Positions 56,349 through 64,000 of a stretch of DNA of 64,000 nt are shown here, piece by piece. The DNA lies in the NCBI GenBank assembly GCA_964291405.2, contig OZ219926.1:4831697-4895696 (forward strand), written 5' to 3'. Position 1 is the first letter of the stretch, and each line of letters begins with the position of its first letter. The translations under genes were made by a program, and so were the position numbers. Under the pieces are notes generated by a model that ran no database searches, was not told the DNA's origin, and saw only the letters and a list, made by a program, of their open reading frames with translations. The DNA comes from Thermodesulfobacteriota bacterium. GTDB lineage: Bacteria; Desulfobacterota; Binatia; Bin18.

Positions 56349-57077
56349 GTGAATTCTCAGGTCTTACGCAAAAAACGTAAATCTCCGTCTCAGGTAACCG
56401 ACGAAAAGCGGCTGCAAGAAGGACAAGAACGCATTGCCGCCGCGGCACTCAATCTCTTTCTCCAGAGCGGCTATCACAACACCAGCGTCCGTGAGATTGC
56501 CCAAAAAGCCGGGCTCAGTGTAGGCTCGGTTTTCAACTATTTTACCAGTAAGGAAGAGATTCTCTTTTTTCTGCTCTCTTACGGCCAGATTCGGACCGAG
56601 TCCGGGTTTCAAAAACAGCGGGCCGAGTTTGAGCGGCTCAAGCGGGATGGCGCCAGTCCACAGGATCTGTTTTTGCGGGCCTACGAGCAGTACGCCGCGC
56701 TGACTGACGAATTGCGGCGTAACACGGTCCTGGCCTATCAGGAAACAAAGTCGCTGACGTTGGCGGAACGTAAACGCTTTCTCCAGGGCGAAGAACGGAT
56801 TCAGCATTTTTTCGAGGAGATTATTGCCTATGGGATAGACCAGGGGGTATTTCCGGACGGGAATGTTCGACTCAAGGCCCACTGCTTATTGGTGCTAGCC
56901 CAGTCTTGGGCCGTGCGGCATTGGGCGCTCAGCAGCTTTACTAAGCTCGACGAGTATTTGGAGCCCTTAAAGTCGATTGCCCTGGGAATTCTTGAGACCG
57001 ACTCCCAGCAGGTACCTGCTCTGATCGCAGCGCAGGACGGCAAGGATCTCGCGCTTTCACGAGAGATGACAAGCTGA
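56349..57077 (+). CDS. TetR/AcrR family transcriptional regulator
   Basis: AA..LF...GY..TSVREIA..AGLSVGS.FNYF.SKEEIL HTH. Confidence 0.9.
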   Translation: MNSQVLRKKRKSPSQVTDEKRLQEGQERIAAAALNLFLQSGYHNTSVREIAQKAGLSVGSVFNYFTSKEEILFFLLSYGQIRTESGFQKQRAEFERLKRDGASPQDLFLRAYEQYAALTDELRRNTVLAYQETKSLTLAERKRFLQGEERIQHFFEEIIAYGIDQGVFPDGNVRLKAHCLLVLAQSWAVRHWALSSFTKLDEYLEPLKSIALGILETDSQQVPALIAAQDGKDLALSREMTS

Positions 57078-57227
57078 GATCATATGCGGTACAGCAGACT
57101 CCAGTGCCTCGACTCACCTCTTCCTGACACCCCCTGTGCGGTTGCTAGTGTGCTGTACGGGGACTTCGGGGAACCCTAGGAATAAAGGAGGGGAGGGCCA
57201 CTGGCCCTCCTTCCTGGGGGCAGCAGT

Positions 57228-58475
57228 ATGGATGGATTTCTGTTTGATGTCAAAGTCCTGGAACTCGCGGACGAAAAGGGGGAGTTCTGCGGCAAGTTGC
57301 TGGCCGGGGCTGGCGCGGATGTGCTCAAAATCGAGCCGCCGGGCGGCCAAGCTACGCGTGAGATCGGGCCCTTTTATCACGACCAGCTCCACCCCGAACG
57401 CAGTCTGTATTTCTGGCACTATAATTTCGGCAAGCGCGGCATTACGCTCGATATTGAGTCGCCGCCGGGAACAGACCTGCTCAAGCAACTCATTGCGGAG
57501 GCAGACGTCCTGATTGATGCCCAGCTACCGGGCGCGCTAGAAAAACTCGGGCTGGACTGGAACGCCCTGCAGGCGCTCAATCCGCGATTGATTTATGTGC
57601 TCCTGTCCCCGTTTGGCAACAGTGGTCCGTGGCGTGACTATAAAGCCACCGATCTGGTCCATCTGGCGCTGGGCGGACAAATGATGTGTTGTGGCTACAG
57701 TCCCACAGACGACGGCAGCTACGACACCCCGCCCATTGCCCCACAGATGTGGCACGCCTATCACATCGCCGGCAACCAGGCGTTTATTGCTACCGTTGGC
57801 GCGCTGATTGGGCGCGAGATGACTGAAGTCGGAGAGATGATCGAGCTGCCTATTCACCAGGCCGTCAGCGTCTGCACCGAGATCGATGTCCCGCACTGGA
57901 TTTATGGCCAGACACCATGCTACCGCCAGACGGGGCGACATGCCCAACCGGCCATTGGACCTGAGGTGCAGTTCCCGACCAAAGACGGACGGTATTCCAT
58001 TATCCTGCCCAATCCGTTTCCGGGCGGATATGAAACCCTGGTCGGGTTCCTGGAGGGCAAGGGCAAGGCCGGTGACCTGAACGAAGACAAATATAAGGAA
58101 CCCAAGAATCGCCGGGGACGCGCCTTTACCGAGCATTTCGCCGATATCCAGGCGGCGTGCGTGGCCGATTTTGACATGGAAGAGATCTGGCATGGGGCCC
58201 AGGAACTGGGCATTCCCTGGTCGCCCATTCGACTGCCGGAAGAAAACCCCGACGATGTCCAGTGGCAAACCCGCGCCACATTTTCTCAGGTTGAACATCC
58301 CGAGCTGGGCGAATCCTACACTTATACGGGTGCGCCTATGCTGCCGAATGAATGTGCCTGGCGGCAAGGCCCGCGGGCGCCGCTCATCGGTGAGCACAAT
58401 CGGGAGGTCTTGTGTGAGCAACTCGGGTTGAGTGCGGAAGAGGTCGCGGACTTACAGGACAAAGGAATCGTGTAG
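57228..58475 (+). CDS. Family III CoA-transferase, BbsE-like subunit
   Basis: VLEL..E.G.FCGKLLA..GADV.KIEPPGG, KR.ITLD, AP..GEHN. Confidence 0.85.
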   Translation: MDGFLFDVKVLELADEKGEFCGKLLAGAGADVLKIEPPGGQATREIGPFYHDQLHPERSLYFWHYNFGKRGITLDIESPPGTDLLKQLIAEADVLIDAQLPGALEKLGLDWNALQALNPRLIYVLLSPFGNSGPWRDYKATDLVHLALGGQMMCCGYSPTDDGSYDTPPIAPQMWHAYHIAGNQAFIATVGALIGREMTEVGEMIELPIHQAVSVCTEIDVPHWIYGQTPCYRQTGRHAQPAIGPEVQFPTKDGRYSIILPNPFPGGYETLVGFLEGKGKAGDLNEDKYKEPKNRRGRAFTEHFADIQAACVADFDMEEIWHGAQELGIPWSPIRLPEENPDDVQWQTRATFSQVEHPELGESYTYTGAPMLPNECAWRQGPRAPLIGEHNREVLCEQLGLSAEEVADLQDKGIV

Positions 58476-58482
58476 GGTGGGC

Positions 58483-59781
58483 GTGAAAAAAAGAAGACCT
58501 TTGGAAGGTGTGCGGATTGCAGACCTGACCTGGCTGCTGGCCGGGGCGGGCGGGCCACGCTTATTGGCCAGCCTTGGGGCCGAGGTCATTCGGATTGAAT
58601 GGCGCGACCGGCTGGATTTTCTGCGCTATATGCCGCCGTTTGCCTCCCGCACGAAAGAGAGCACGGAAAAGGCCGGAGCCATGGACCTGACCGGCCTGGA
58701 TACCGGCAAGGTCCAGAGCGTCAATCGTGGTGGGTATTTTAACGATATCAATGCCGGCAAATATGGGATCAGTCTGAATATGAAAGCGCCTCAAGGCCGC
58801 GAGCTGTTCAAAAAGCTGGTTGCGGTCAGTGATGTGGTGGTTGAAGCATTTACGGCTGAGACCATGCAAAAATGGGGACTCGGCTATGACACCCTCAAGG
58901 CCATTAAGCCGGATATTATTTATATGCAGCAGCCCGGTTGGGGCCACAAAGGTCCCTACGTGAAATACGCTTCCTACGGACCGATTGCCCAGGCCGTGAG
59001 TGGCCTGACCGAACAGTCGGGTTTGCCCGCACCCCATCCTCCTGCCGGCTGGGGATTTTCGTATATGGATTGGAGTGGCGCGTATTATTGCGCCATGACC
59101 ATTCTGATGGCCCTGTACTATAAAAAAAGGACGGGTAAGGGCCAGTACCTGGACTGCTCGCAAGTAGAACCCGGCATTGGCATGACCGGCACCGCGGTGC
59201 TGGATCACGCGGTCAATGGCCGCCACTATCAGCGTACGGGCAATCGTTCGCCCTATACACCCGCAGCGCCGCACGGAGCCTATCCCTGCGCTGGCGACGA
59301 CCGCTGGATTGCCATAGCCGCGACATCCGAAGAAGAATGGCAAGCCCTGGTCCGCATCATGGGTAACCCCGACTGGGCGGCACAGGACCGGTTTGCCTCG
59401 TTGGACGAGAGAGCCAAGCACCAGGACGAGTTGGACCGTTTAGTGAGTGCCTGGACGCAGGAGCAGGAGCCCTTTGGCCTGCAAGGGCGTTTACAGGCCG
59501 CCGGTGTTCCGGCCGGTGTGTGTCAGACTGCGCAGGACCGGATCGAACGCGACCCGCAGCTCAAACACCTGAACTGGCTGCTTCCCCTGGAGCATACCGA
59601 GATCGGAACCTGGCCGATCAAGGATATTCCGTTTCATTTTGCCAACGGGCTGGTGAGTCAGGGCGGACCGACCGAACGCGCTGCGCCGTGCTATGCGGAA
59701 GATAATGAATATGTCTATAAAGAATTGCTCGGCTTGAGCCAGGCAGAAATGGACGCGTTTCAGGACGAAGGGATAATTTAA
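58483..59781 (+). CDS. Family III CoA-transferase, BbsF-like catalytic subunit
   Basis: PLEGVRIADL, GAEVIRIE, N.GK..I.LN, SYMD (catalytic Asp), APHG.YPC. Confidence 0.88.
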   Translation: MKKRRPLEGVRIADLTWLLAGAGGPRLLASLGAEVIRIEWRDRLDFLRYMPPFASRTKESTEKAGAMDLTGLDTGKVQSVNRGGYFNDINAGKYGISLNMKAPQGRELFKKLVAVSDVVVEAFTAETMQKWGLGYDTLKAIKPDIIYMQQPGWGHKGPYVKYASYGPIAQAVSGLTEQSGLPAPHPPAGWGFSYMDWSGAYYCAMTILMALYYKKRTGKGQYLDCSQVEPGIGMTGTAVLDHAVNGRHYQRTGNRSPYTPAAPHGAYPCAGDDRWIAIAATSEEEWQALVRIMGNPDWAAQDRFASLDERAKHQDELDRLVSAWTQEQEPFGLQGRLQAAGVPAGVCQTAQDRIERDPQLKHLNWLLPLEHTEIGTWPIKDIPFHFANGLVSQGGPTERAAPCYAEDNEYVYKELLGLSQAEMDAFQDEGII

Positions 59782-59802
59782 CCGTAAAGCTAGGAGGGAG
59801 TC

Positions 59803-61485
59803 ATGTCGTACGATCTCGTTATCAAAAACGGAACCGTGGTGGATGGAACCGGCGCAGAACGCTACCGGGCCGATATTGCGGTGGCTAATGGAAAAATTGC
59901 GGAAATTGGTAAAGTCTCGGACGGAGCCAAGAAGGTTGTGGATGCCTCCGACCTGATTGTGGCACCCGGCTTTGTCGATCCGCATACCCATTATGACGCC
60001 CAGATTTGCTGGGACCCGCTGATCACGTCCTCTTCCTGGCATGGGGTCACGAGTCTGGTGATGGGCAATTGTGGGGTCGGCCTGGCTCCGTGCAAACCCG
60101 AGGTGCATGAAATCGCGGCCTGGGATTTAGTCAACGTGGAAGCCATCCCGTTTGACGTGCTGGGCAAAGGCGTAACCTGGGATTGGGTCACCTTCCCCGA
60201 ATATATGAATGCGGCCGAAAAGCGTGGGAGCGGTATTAACATCGGCTTTATGGCCGCGCTGACTCCGTTCCGCCACTTTGTGATGGGCGAAGAGTCGATG
60301 GAGCGGGGCGCCACACAAGAGGAAATCGTACAGATTAAGGCCCTGATTAAAGAGGCGGTGGCTGCCGGCGCCTTTGGCTTTTCGACCACAAACGTTGCTC
60401 AGCACATCGGCTATAAAGGCCGTCCGATTGCTTGCCGCAACGCCAGTTGGGACGAACTCAAGGCATACTGCAACGCGCTTAAAGAACTCGGCAAGGGCAG
60501 TATTGAACTCGCCCTGACCAATAATGTCTCTATTGTTGACGAAACTGAGCACGCCTTATTGGATATGCTCCTGACCGAAAGCGGTAGGAAGGTCACCTGG
60601 CTGGCGCTGCTGAACCGGGACGATCAGCCGGATGCAGCCATGAATACCCTGCGCACGATTGAGCCGCTGTTCGAGAAGGGCGCCATTCCGCAGGTGACCT
60701 GCCGTCCGCTCATTATTCAGATCGACCTGCGCAAACCGTTCATCTTCGCCAATCTGCCGTGTTGGAAGCCGGCCTTCGACCAGCCGATTGAGAAGCAGAA
60801 GGCGTTCTACAGAGATGAATCCTTCCGGGCCGCATTCCGCAAAGAGATGGAGTCGCCCAAGGTGTTCTCAGGCAAATGGGAACGCGCGATCATCCATGAG
60901 GTCGGCAGTCCCGCCATGCAGTCCCTGATTGGCAAGAGCGTGGCCGAGATTGCCAGAGAGCGCGGTAAAGACGGGCTCGATACCTTCCTGGACCTGTGCA
61001 TCGAGGATGACCTGCAACTCCAGTATACCTATGAGCTGTTCAACGCCGACGAAGACCGCATCCCTGAGCTGATTACGCACGATCAGGTCATGGTCGGCCT
61101 GTCAGACGGTGGAGCCCATGTGGATATGCTGTGTGACGCCGGCTACTGCACCTATCTGCTCGGCACCTGGGTGCGGGACCGACAAGCCATGACGCTGGAG
61201 CACGCGGTGAGGCGGATTACCTCCGAGCCGGCCGCGTTCTACGGCATGACCACGCGGGGCAAGATTGCAACAGGCATGGCGGCCGATTTTGCGATTTTTG
61301 ACTACAACACGGTTGGCTCGGCCCGTCGCGGCGAAATGCGGGCCGACCTGCCCGGTGGTGGGCGGCGCTTGGTCATGCCGGCCCAGGGCGTGCAGTACAC
61401 GATCGTGAACGGAGAAGTGCTGTTCGACGATGGCAAACATACCGGGACCATGCCGGGCCAGGTGCTGCGTTCGGGTCAAGTCTAG
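59803..61485 (+). CDS. N-acyl-D-amino-acid deacylase family amidohydrolase (paralog of 47016-48701)
   Basis: PGFVDPHTHYDAQ, HGVTSL.MGNCG, SDGGAH, DLPGG..RL. Confidence 0.88.
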   Translation: MSYDLVIKNGTVVDGTGAERYRADIAVANGKIAEIGKVSDGAKKVVDASDLIVAPGFVDPHTHYDAQICWDPLITSSSWHGVTSLVMGNCGVGLAPCKPEVHEIAAWDLVNVEAIPFDVLGKGVTWDWVTFPEYMNAAEKRGSGINIGFMAALTPFRHFVMGEESMERGATQEEIVQIKALIKEAVAAGAFGFSTTNVAQHIGYKGRPIACRNASWDELKAYCNALKELGKGSIELALTNNVSIVDETEHALLDMLLTESGRKVTWLALLNRDDQPDAAMNTLRTIEPLFEKGAIPQVTCRPLIIQIDLRKPFIFANLPCWKPAFDQPIEKQKAFYRDESFRAAFRKEMESPKVFSGKWERAIIHEVGSPAMQSLIGKSVAEIARERGKDGLDTFLDLCIEDDLQLQYTYELFNADEDRIPELITHDQVMVGLSDGGAHVDMLCDAGYCTYLLGTWVRDRQAMTLEHAVRRITSEPAAFYGMTTRGKIATGMAADFAIFDYNTVGSARRGEMRADLPGGGRRLVMPAQGVQYTIVNGEVLFDDGKHTGTMPGQVLRSGQV

Positions 61486-61495
61486 TCTTTTCCTG

Positions 61496-61601
61496 CTCCC
61501 TCTCCCTCAGGGGGAGAGGGAGGTCTGCCACGAGCGCGCTCCGGTCACCCACCAAATGAACCCCTTGCGTTGTCGGATTACACTGCGCTAATCCGACCTA
61601 C
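61496..61601. repeat. Two REP-like palindromes
   Basis: CTCCCTCTCCCTCAGGGGGAGAGGGAG (61496-61522) and TGTCGGATTACACTGCGCTAATCCGACCTAC (61571-61601). Confidence 0.7.
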
Positions 61602-61639
61602 AGTGATGCTGTCAGAACTCTAAACTAAAGGAGAGGAAC

Positions 61640-62085
61640 ATGCTGACTCGTTTATTTCACGTCAATATCTGTGTCCGCGATATGGAACGTTCCATCGGGT
61701 TTTACGAAAAACTCGGGTTTAATAAGGTCAACGACTTTACGCTTGAAGACCCGACGGTCGGTGAGGCGCTTGGTCTCGACGCCCGGAAGCTGCGCGGCGT
61801 GTTCATGCGCCTCGGAGACGATGAGAACGCTCCGGTTCTGGACCTGGTCCAGTTTATCGATCCGCCCCCACAGGGCGAGCCATACCCGTCGCTCAATAAT
61901 ATCGGGATTTGTCGTATTGCCTTCGACGTGGACGATATTGACAAGACCTATGCCGACCTTCAGGAAATGCAGGTTGAATTTTTAGCCCCACTCAAAAAAT
62001 AGAAGGGCCGGGAGGCGCGGAGATTGGGGTCGTCTGCTTCAAAGACCCGGACGGAGCCATTCTTGAGCTGATCAGCGGGATGTAG
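61640..62085 (+). CDS. VOC family protein with a 1-bp frameshift in an A6 run near 61994-61999
   Basis: HVNICVRDMERS..FY; shifted frame continues IEGPGGAEIGVVCFKDPDGAILELISGM*. Confidence 0.8.
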
Positions 62086-62121
62086 CCCGGTTATTCGATA
62101 TGCAGGTTTCGCTTTTCCCGC

Positions 62122-62223
62122 TCCCCTCTTGGGAGGGGTGTCGAAGGCGGGGTGGGTTTCCTCCAGTCGAATACGAGGCAGCACCCACCCCGGCGCTCCG
62201 CGCTACCCCTCCGAGGAGGGGAT
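62122..62223. repeat. Inverted pair of REP-like units (BIME-like)
   Basis: TCCCCTCTTGGGAGGGGTG..GGGGTGGGT facing ACCCACCCCGG..ACCCCTCCGAGGAGGGGA. Confidence 0.72.
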
Positions 62224-62254
62224 AGGACTTATGAAAGCTGGAGAACCTGAGCAT

Positions 62255-63340
62255 ATGTCAACACAGCAGCCCCGCGAGCAGATAGACCCGGACAAACTCA
62301 AGGCTGGCGGCCAAAAGGTCTTTGGCCTGCTGAGCGGTGCGTTAATCTCGGCTATGATCCACCTGGGCGACCGGCTCGGGCTGTACCGTGCGCTGCATGG
62401 CGCCGGGCCAGTGACCAGCGAGGGCCTTGCCGAAAAAACGGGCTTGAGCGAACGCTGGGTGCGGGAGTGGCTCCGAGGACAGGCGGCGGCCCAATTGCTT
62501 GAGTATTCAGATGAGGGGCATTTTTCCCTCTCGCCAGAAATGGCCATGATTCTTGCGGACGAAGATAGTCCCAAGTTTGCCGCGGGTATTTTCAGCGACT
62601 TTCCGCAACGCATGGCCATATTGGAGAAACTGCCCGAGTCCTTTCGCACCGGCCTGGGCCTGCCCTACGACGCGCGTGGCTCGGAGGGCGCACGGGGCAT
62701 TGAGCGGGTCTTTGCCCCCTGGTATCGGCATGCGCTGATCCCCGTTGTTCTGCCTGCCCTGGACGGTGTCGAGTCCAGGCTGCAAGCCGGTGCAAAGGTG
62801 GCGGACGTGGGCTGCGGCGCCGGGATTGCGCTGGTCCAAATGGCCACAGCCTTTCCGCAGGCCGACTTTCATGGCTATGACATCTCGGAGCATGCGCTGG
62901 CCCGAGCCAACGCGAACAAGGATGAGGCCGGGCTGACCAACCTGCGGTTTCACCATGCGGCCCAGGACGGGTTGCCGGCCGATGCGAGTTTTGACTTCAT
63001 CACCACCTTTGACTGCATCCACGATATGACTCATCCGGCGGAAGCCATTCAGGCCATTCGGTCGGCGCTCAAGCCGGATGGAACTTGGCTGATCGCCGAT
63101 ATCAAGAGCGCCCCGACGTTTGAAGAAAATCTGAAGCGTCCCATGACCGGCCTGATGTATGCCTTCTCGGTGATGGGCTGCATGTCATCAGCCTTATCCG
63201 AGCCGGGCGGCGCCGGCCTGGGGACCCTGGGCTTTAACGAACAGGTCGCACGAAGCATGACGCGCGATGCCGGGTTTACCCGCTTCACCCGCCACGACTT
63301 TGACAATCCGTTCAACGCCTATTATGAAGTGCGGCCCTGA
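62255..63340 (+). CDS. Class I SAM methyltransferase with N-terminal winged helix
   Basis: GDRLGLY.AL, ERWVREWL, ADVGCGAG, GYD.S, FDCIHDM. Confidence 0.88.
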   Translation: MSTQQPREQIDPDKLKAGGQKVFGLLSGALISAMIHLGDRLGLYRALHGAGPVTSEGLAEKTGLSERWVREWLRGQAAAQLLEYSDEGHFSLSPEMAMILADEDSPKFAAGIFSDFPQRMAILEKLPESFRTGLGLPYDARGSEGARGIERVFAPWYRHALIPVVLPALDGVESRLQAGAKVADVGCGAGIALVQMATAFPQADFHGYDISEHALARANANKDEAGLTNLRFHHAAQDGLPADASFDFITTFDCIHDMTHPAEAIQAIRSALKPDGTWLIADIKSAPTFEENLKRPMTGLMYAFSVMGCMSSALSEPGGAGLGTLGFNEQVARSMTRDAGFTRFTRHDFDNPFNAYYEVRP

Positions 63341-63390
63341 CGAGAAAACCCTCTCCCCGCGGGAGAAGGCATAAACATGAGGAGAAACGT

Positions 63391-63792
63391 ATGGAAAAGG
63401 AATTCCTGAATCCCGCCGGTCTGCCCGTTTTGCCGGGCTTCTCTCAGGTTGTGACCGCAACCGAGGGAAAAATTGTTTTCATCTCGGGCCAGGTCGCCTT
63501 GAACGCAAACAACGAGGTGGTGGGCAAGGGCGACCTGCGCGCCCAGGTCGTCCAAACCCTTGAAAACCTCAAAGGGGCGCTGGCCGCGGTTGGGGCCACG
63601 TTTGATGACGTGCTGAAGACCAATACGTATATTGTCAACTATACGCCTGACATGATCGGCATGTTCCGTGAGGTTCGCAGCCAGTATCTGCCCCAGGAAA
63701 AACCACCGGCCAGCACCCTCATCGGCGTTCAGGCGCTGGTGCTTGAAGACCTGCTCGTTGAGATTGAGGCCTTTGCTCTGCTCAAGGCTTGA
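63391..63792 (+). CDS. RidA/YjgF family protein
   Basis: FSQ, ISGQV, N...AL...G, PASTL.GV..L, VEIEA. Confidence 0.88.
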   Translation: MEKEFLNPAGLPVLPGFSQVVTATEGKIVFISGQVALNANNEVVGKGDLRAQVVQTLENLKGALAAVGATFDDVLKTNTYIVNYTPDMIGMFREVRSQYLPQEKPPASTLIGVQALVLEDLLVEIEAFALLKA

Positions 63793-63842
63793 GGCTGGCG
63801 CGTATGCGCTTCTCCTTTGTTCTGAGCCCTGCATGACACGGC

Positions 63843-64000
63843 ATGTCTACTCCTGCAAGCCTGCGCGTTGCCTTTGACATTGGCGGAACCTTCACCGATG
63901 TCGTCATAGCTGGAGCCGACAGCCAGCTTCTGACCTATAAAATTTTGACCCTGCCCGATTCGGTTGGCGCGGACGTTGGACGCTGCATTGCCGATGCCGA
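63843..64000 (+). CDS. Second hydantoinase A / oxoprolinase gene, 5' part only
   Basis: MSTPASLRVAFDIGGTFTDVV..., open to the window end. Confidence 0.75.
   Translation, partial: MSTPASLRVAFDIGGTFTDVVIAGADSQLLTYKILTLPDSVGADVGRCIADA

Noticed and set aside
61985-62085. VOC truncation as a real pseudogene
   Set aside because: One extra A in an A6 run restores a complete VOC C-terminus; likely consensus error

Overview
GC-rich bacterial chromosomal segment dominated by catabolism of amides and methylated amines. It carries a two-subunit N,N-dimethylformamidase (dmfA1/dmfA2), a complete N-methylglutamate methylamine pathway (mgsABC, a rearranged mgd/sox D-A-G-B block, gmaS), a hydantoinase A/B + carbamoylase + racemase set, about 14 C-N hydrolases in total, a BbsEF-like CoA-transferase pair and several transporters. 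Accessory elements: a type II Zorya anti-phage locus (zorA-zorB-zorE) whose ZorA tail is built from ~60-aa tandem repeats, a ~330-bp IS1/IS1595-like MITE with an 8-bp target-site duplication just upstream of zorA, one intact hicBA module, two antitoxins with decayed PIN toxins, and several REP-like palindrome families. Small deletions break mutM and all three Zorya genes, and 1-bp homopolymer frameshifts break an MFS and a VOC gene; these may be long-read consensus errors. No rRNA, tRNA or CRISPR array was seen. All calls come from reading motifs by eye; no database search was run.
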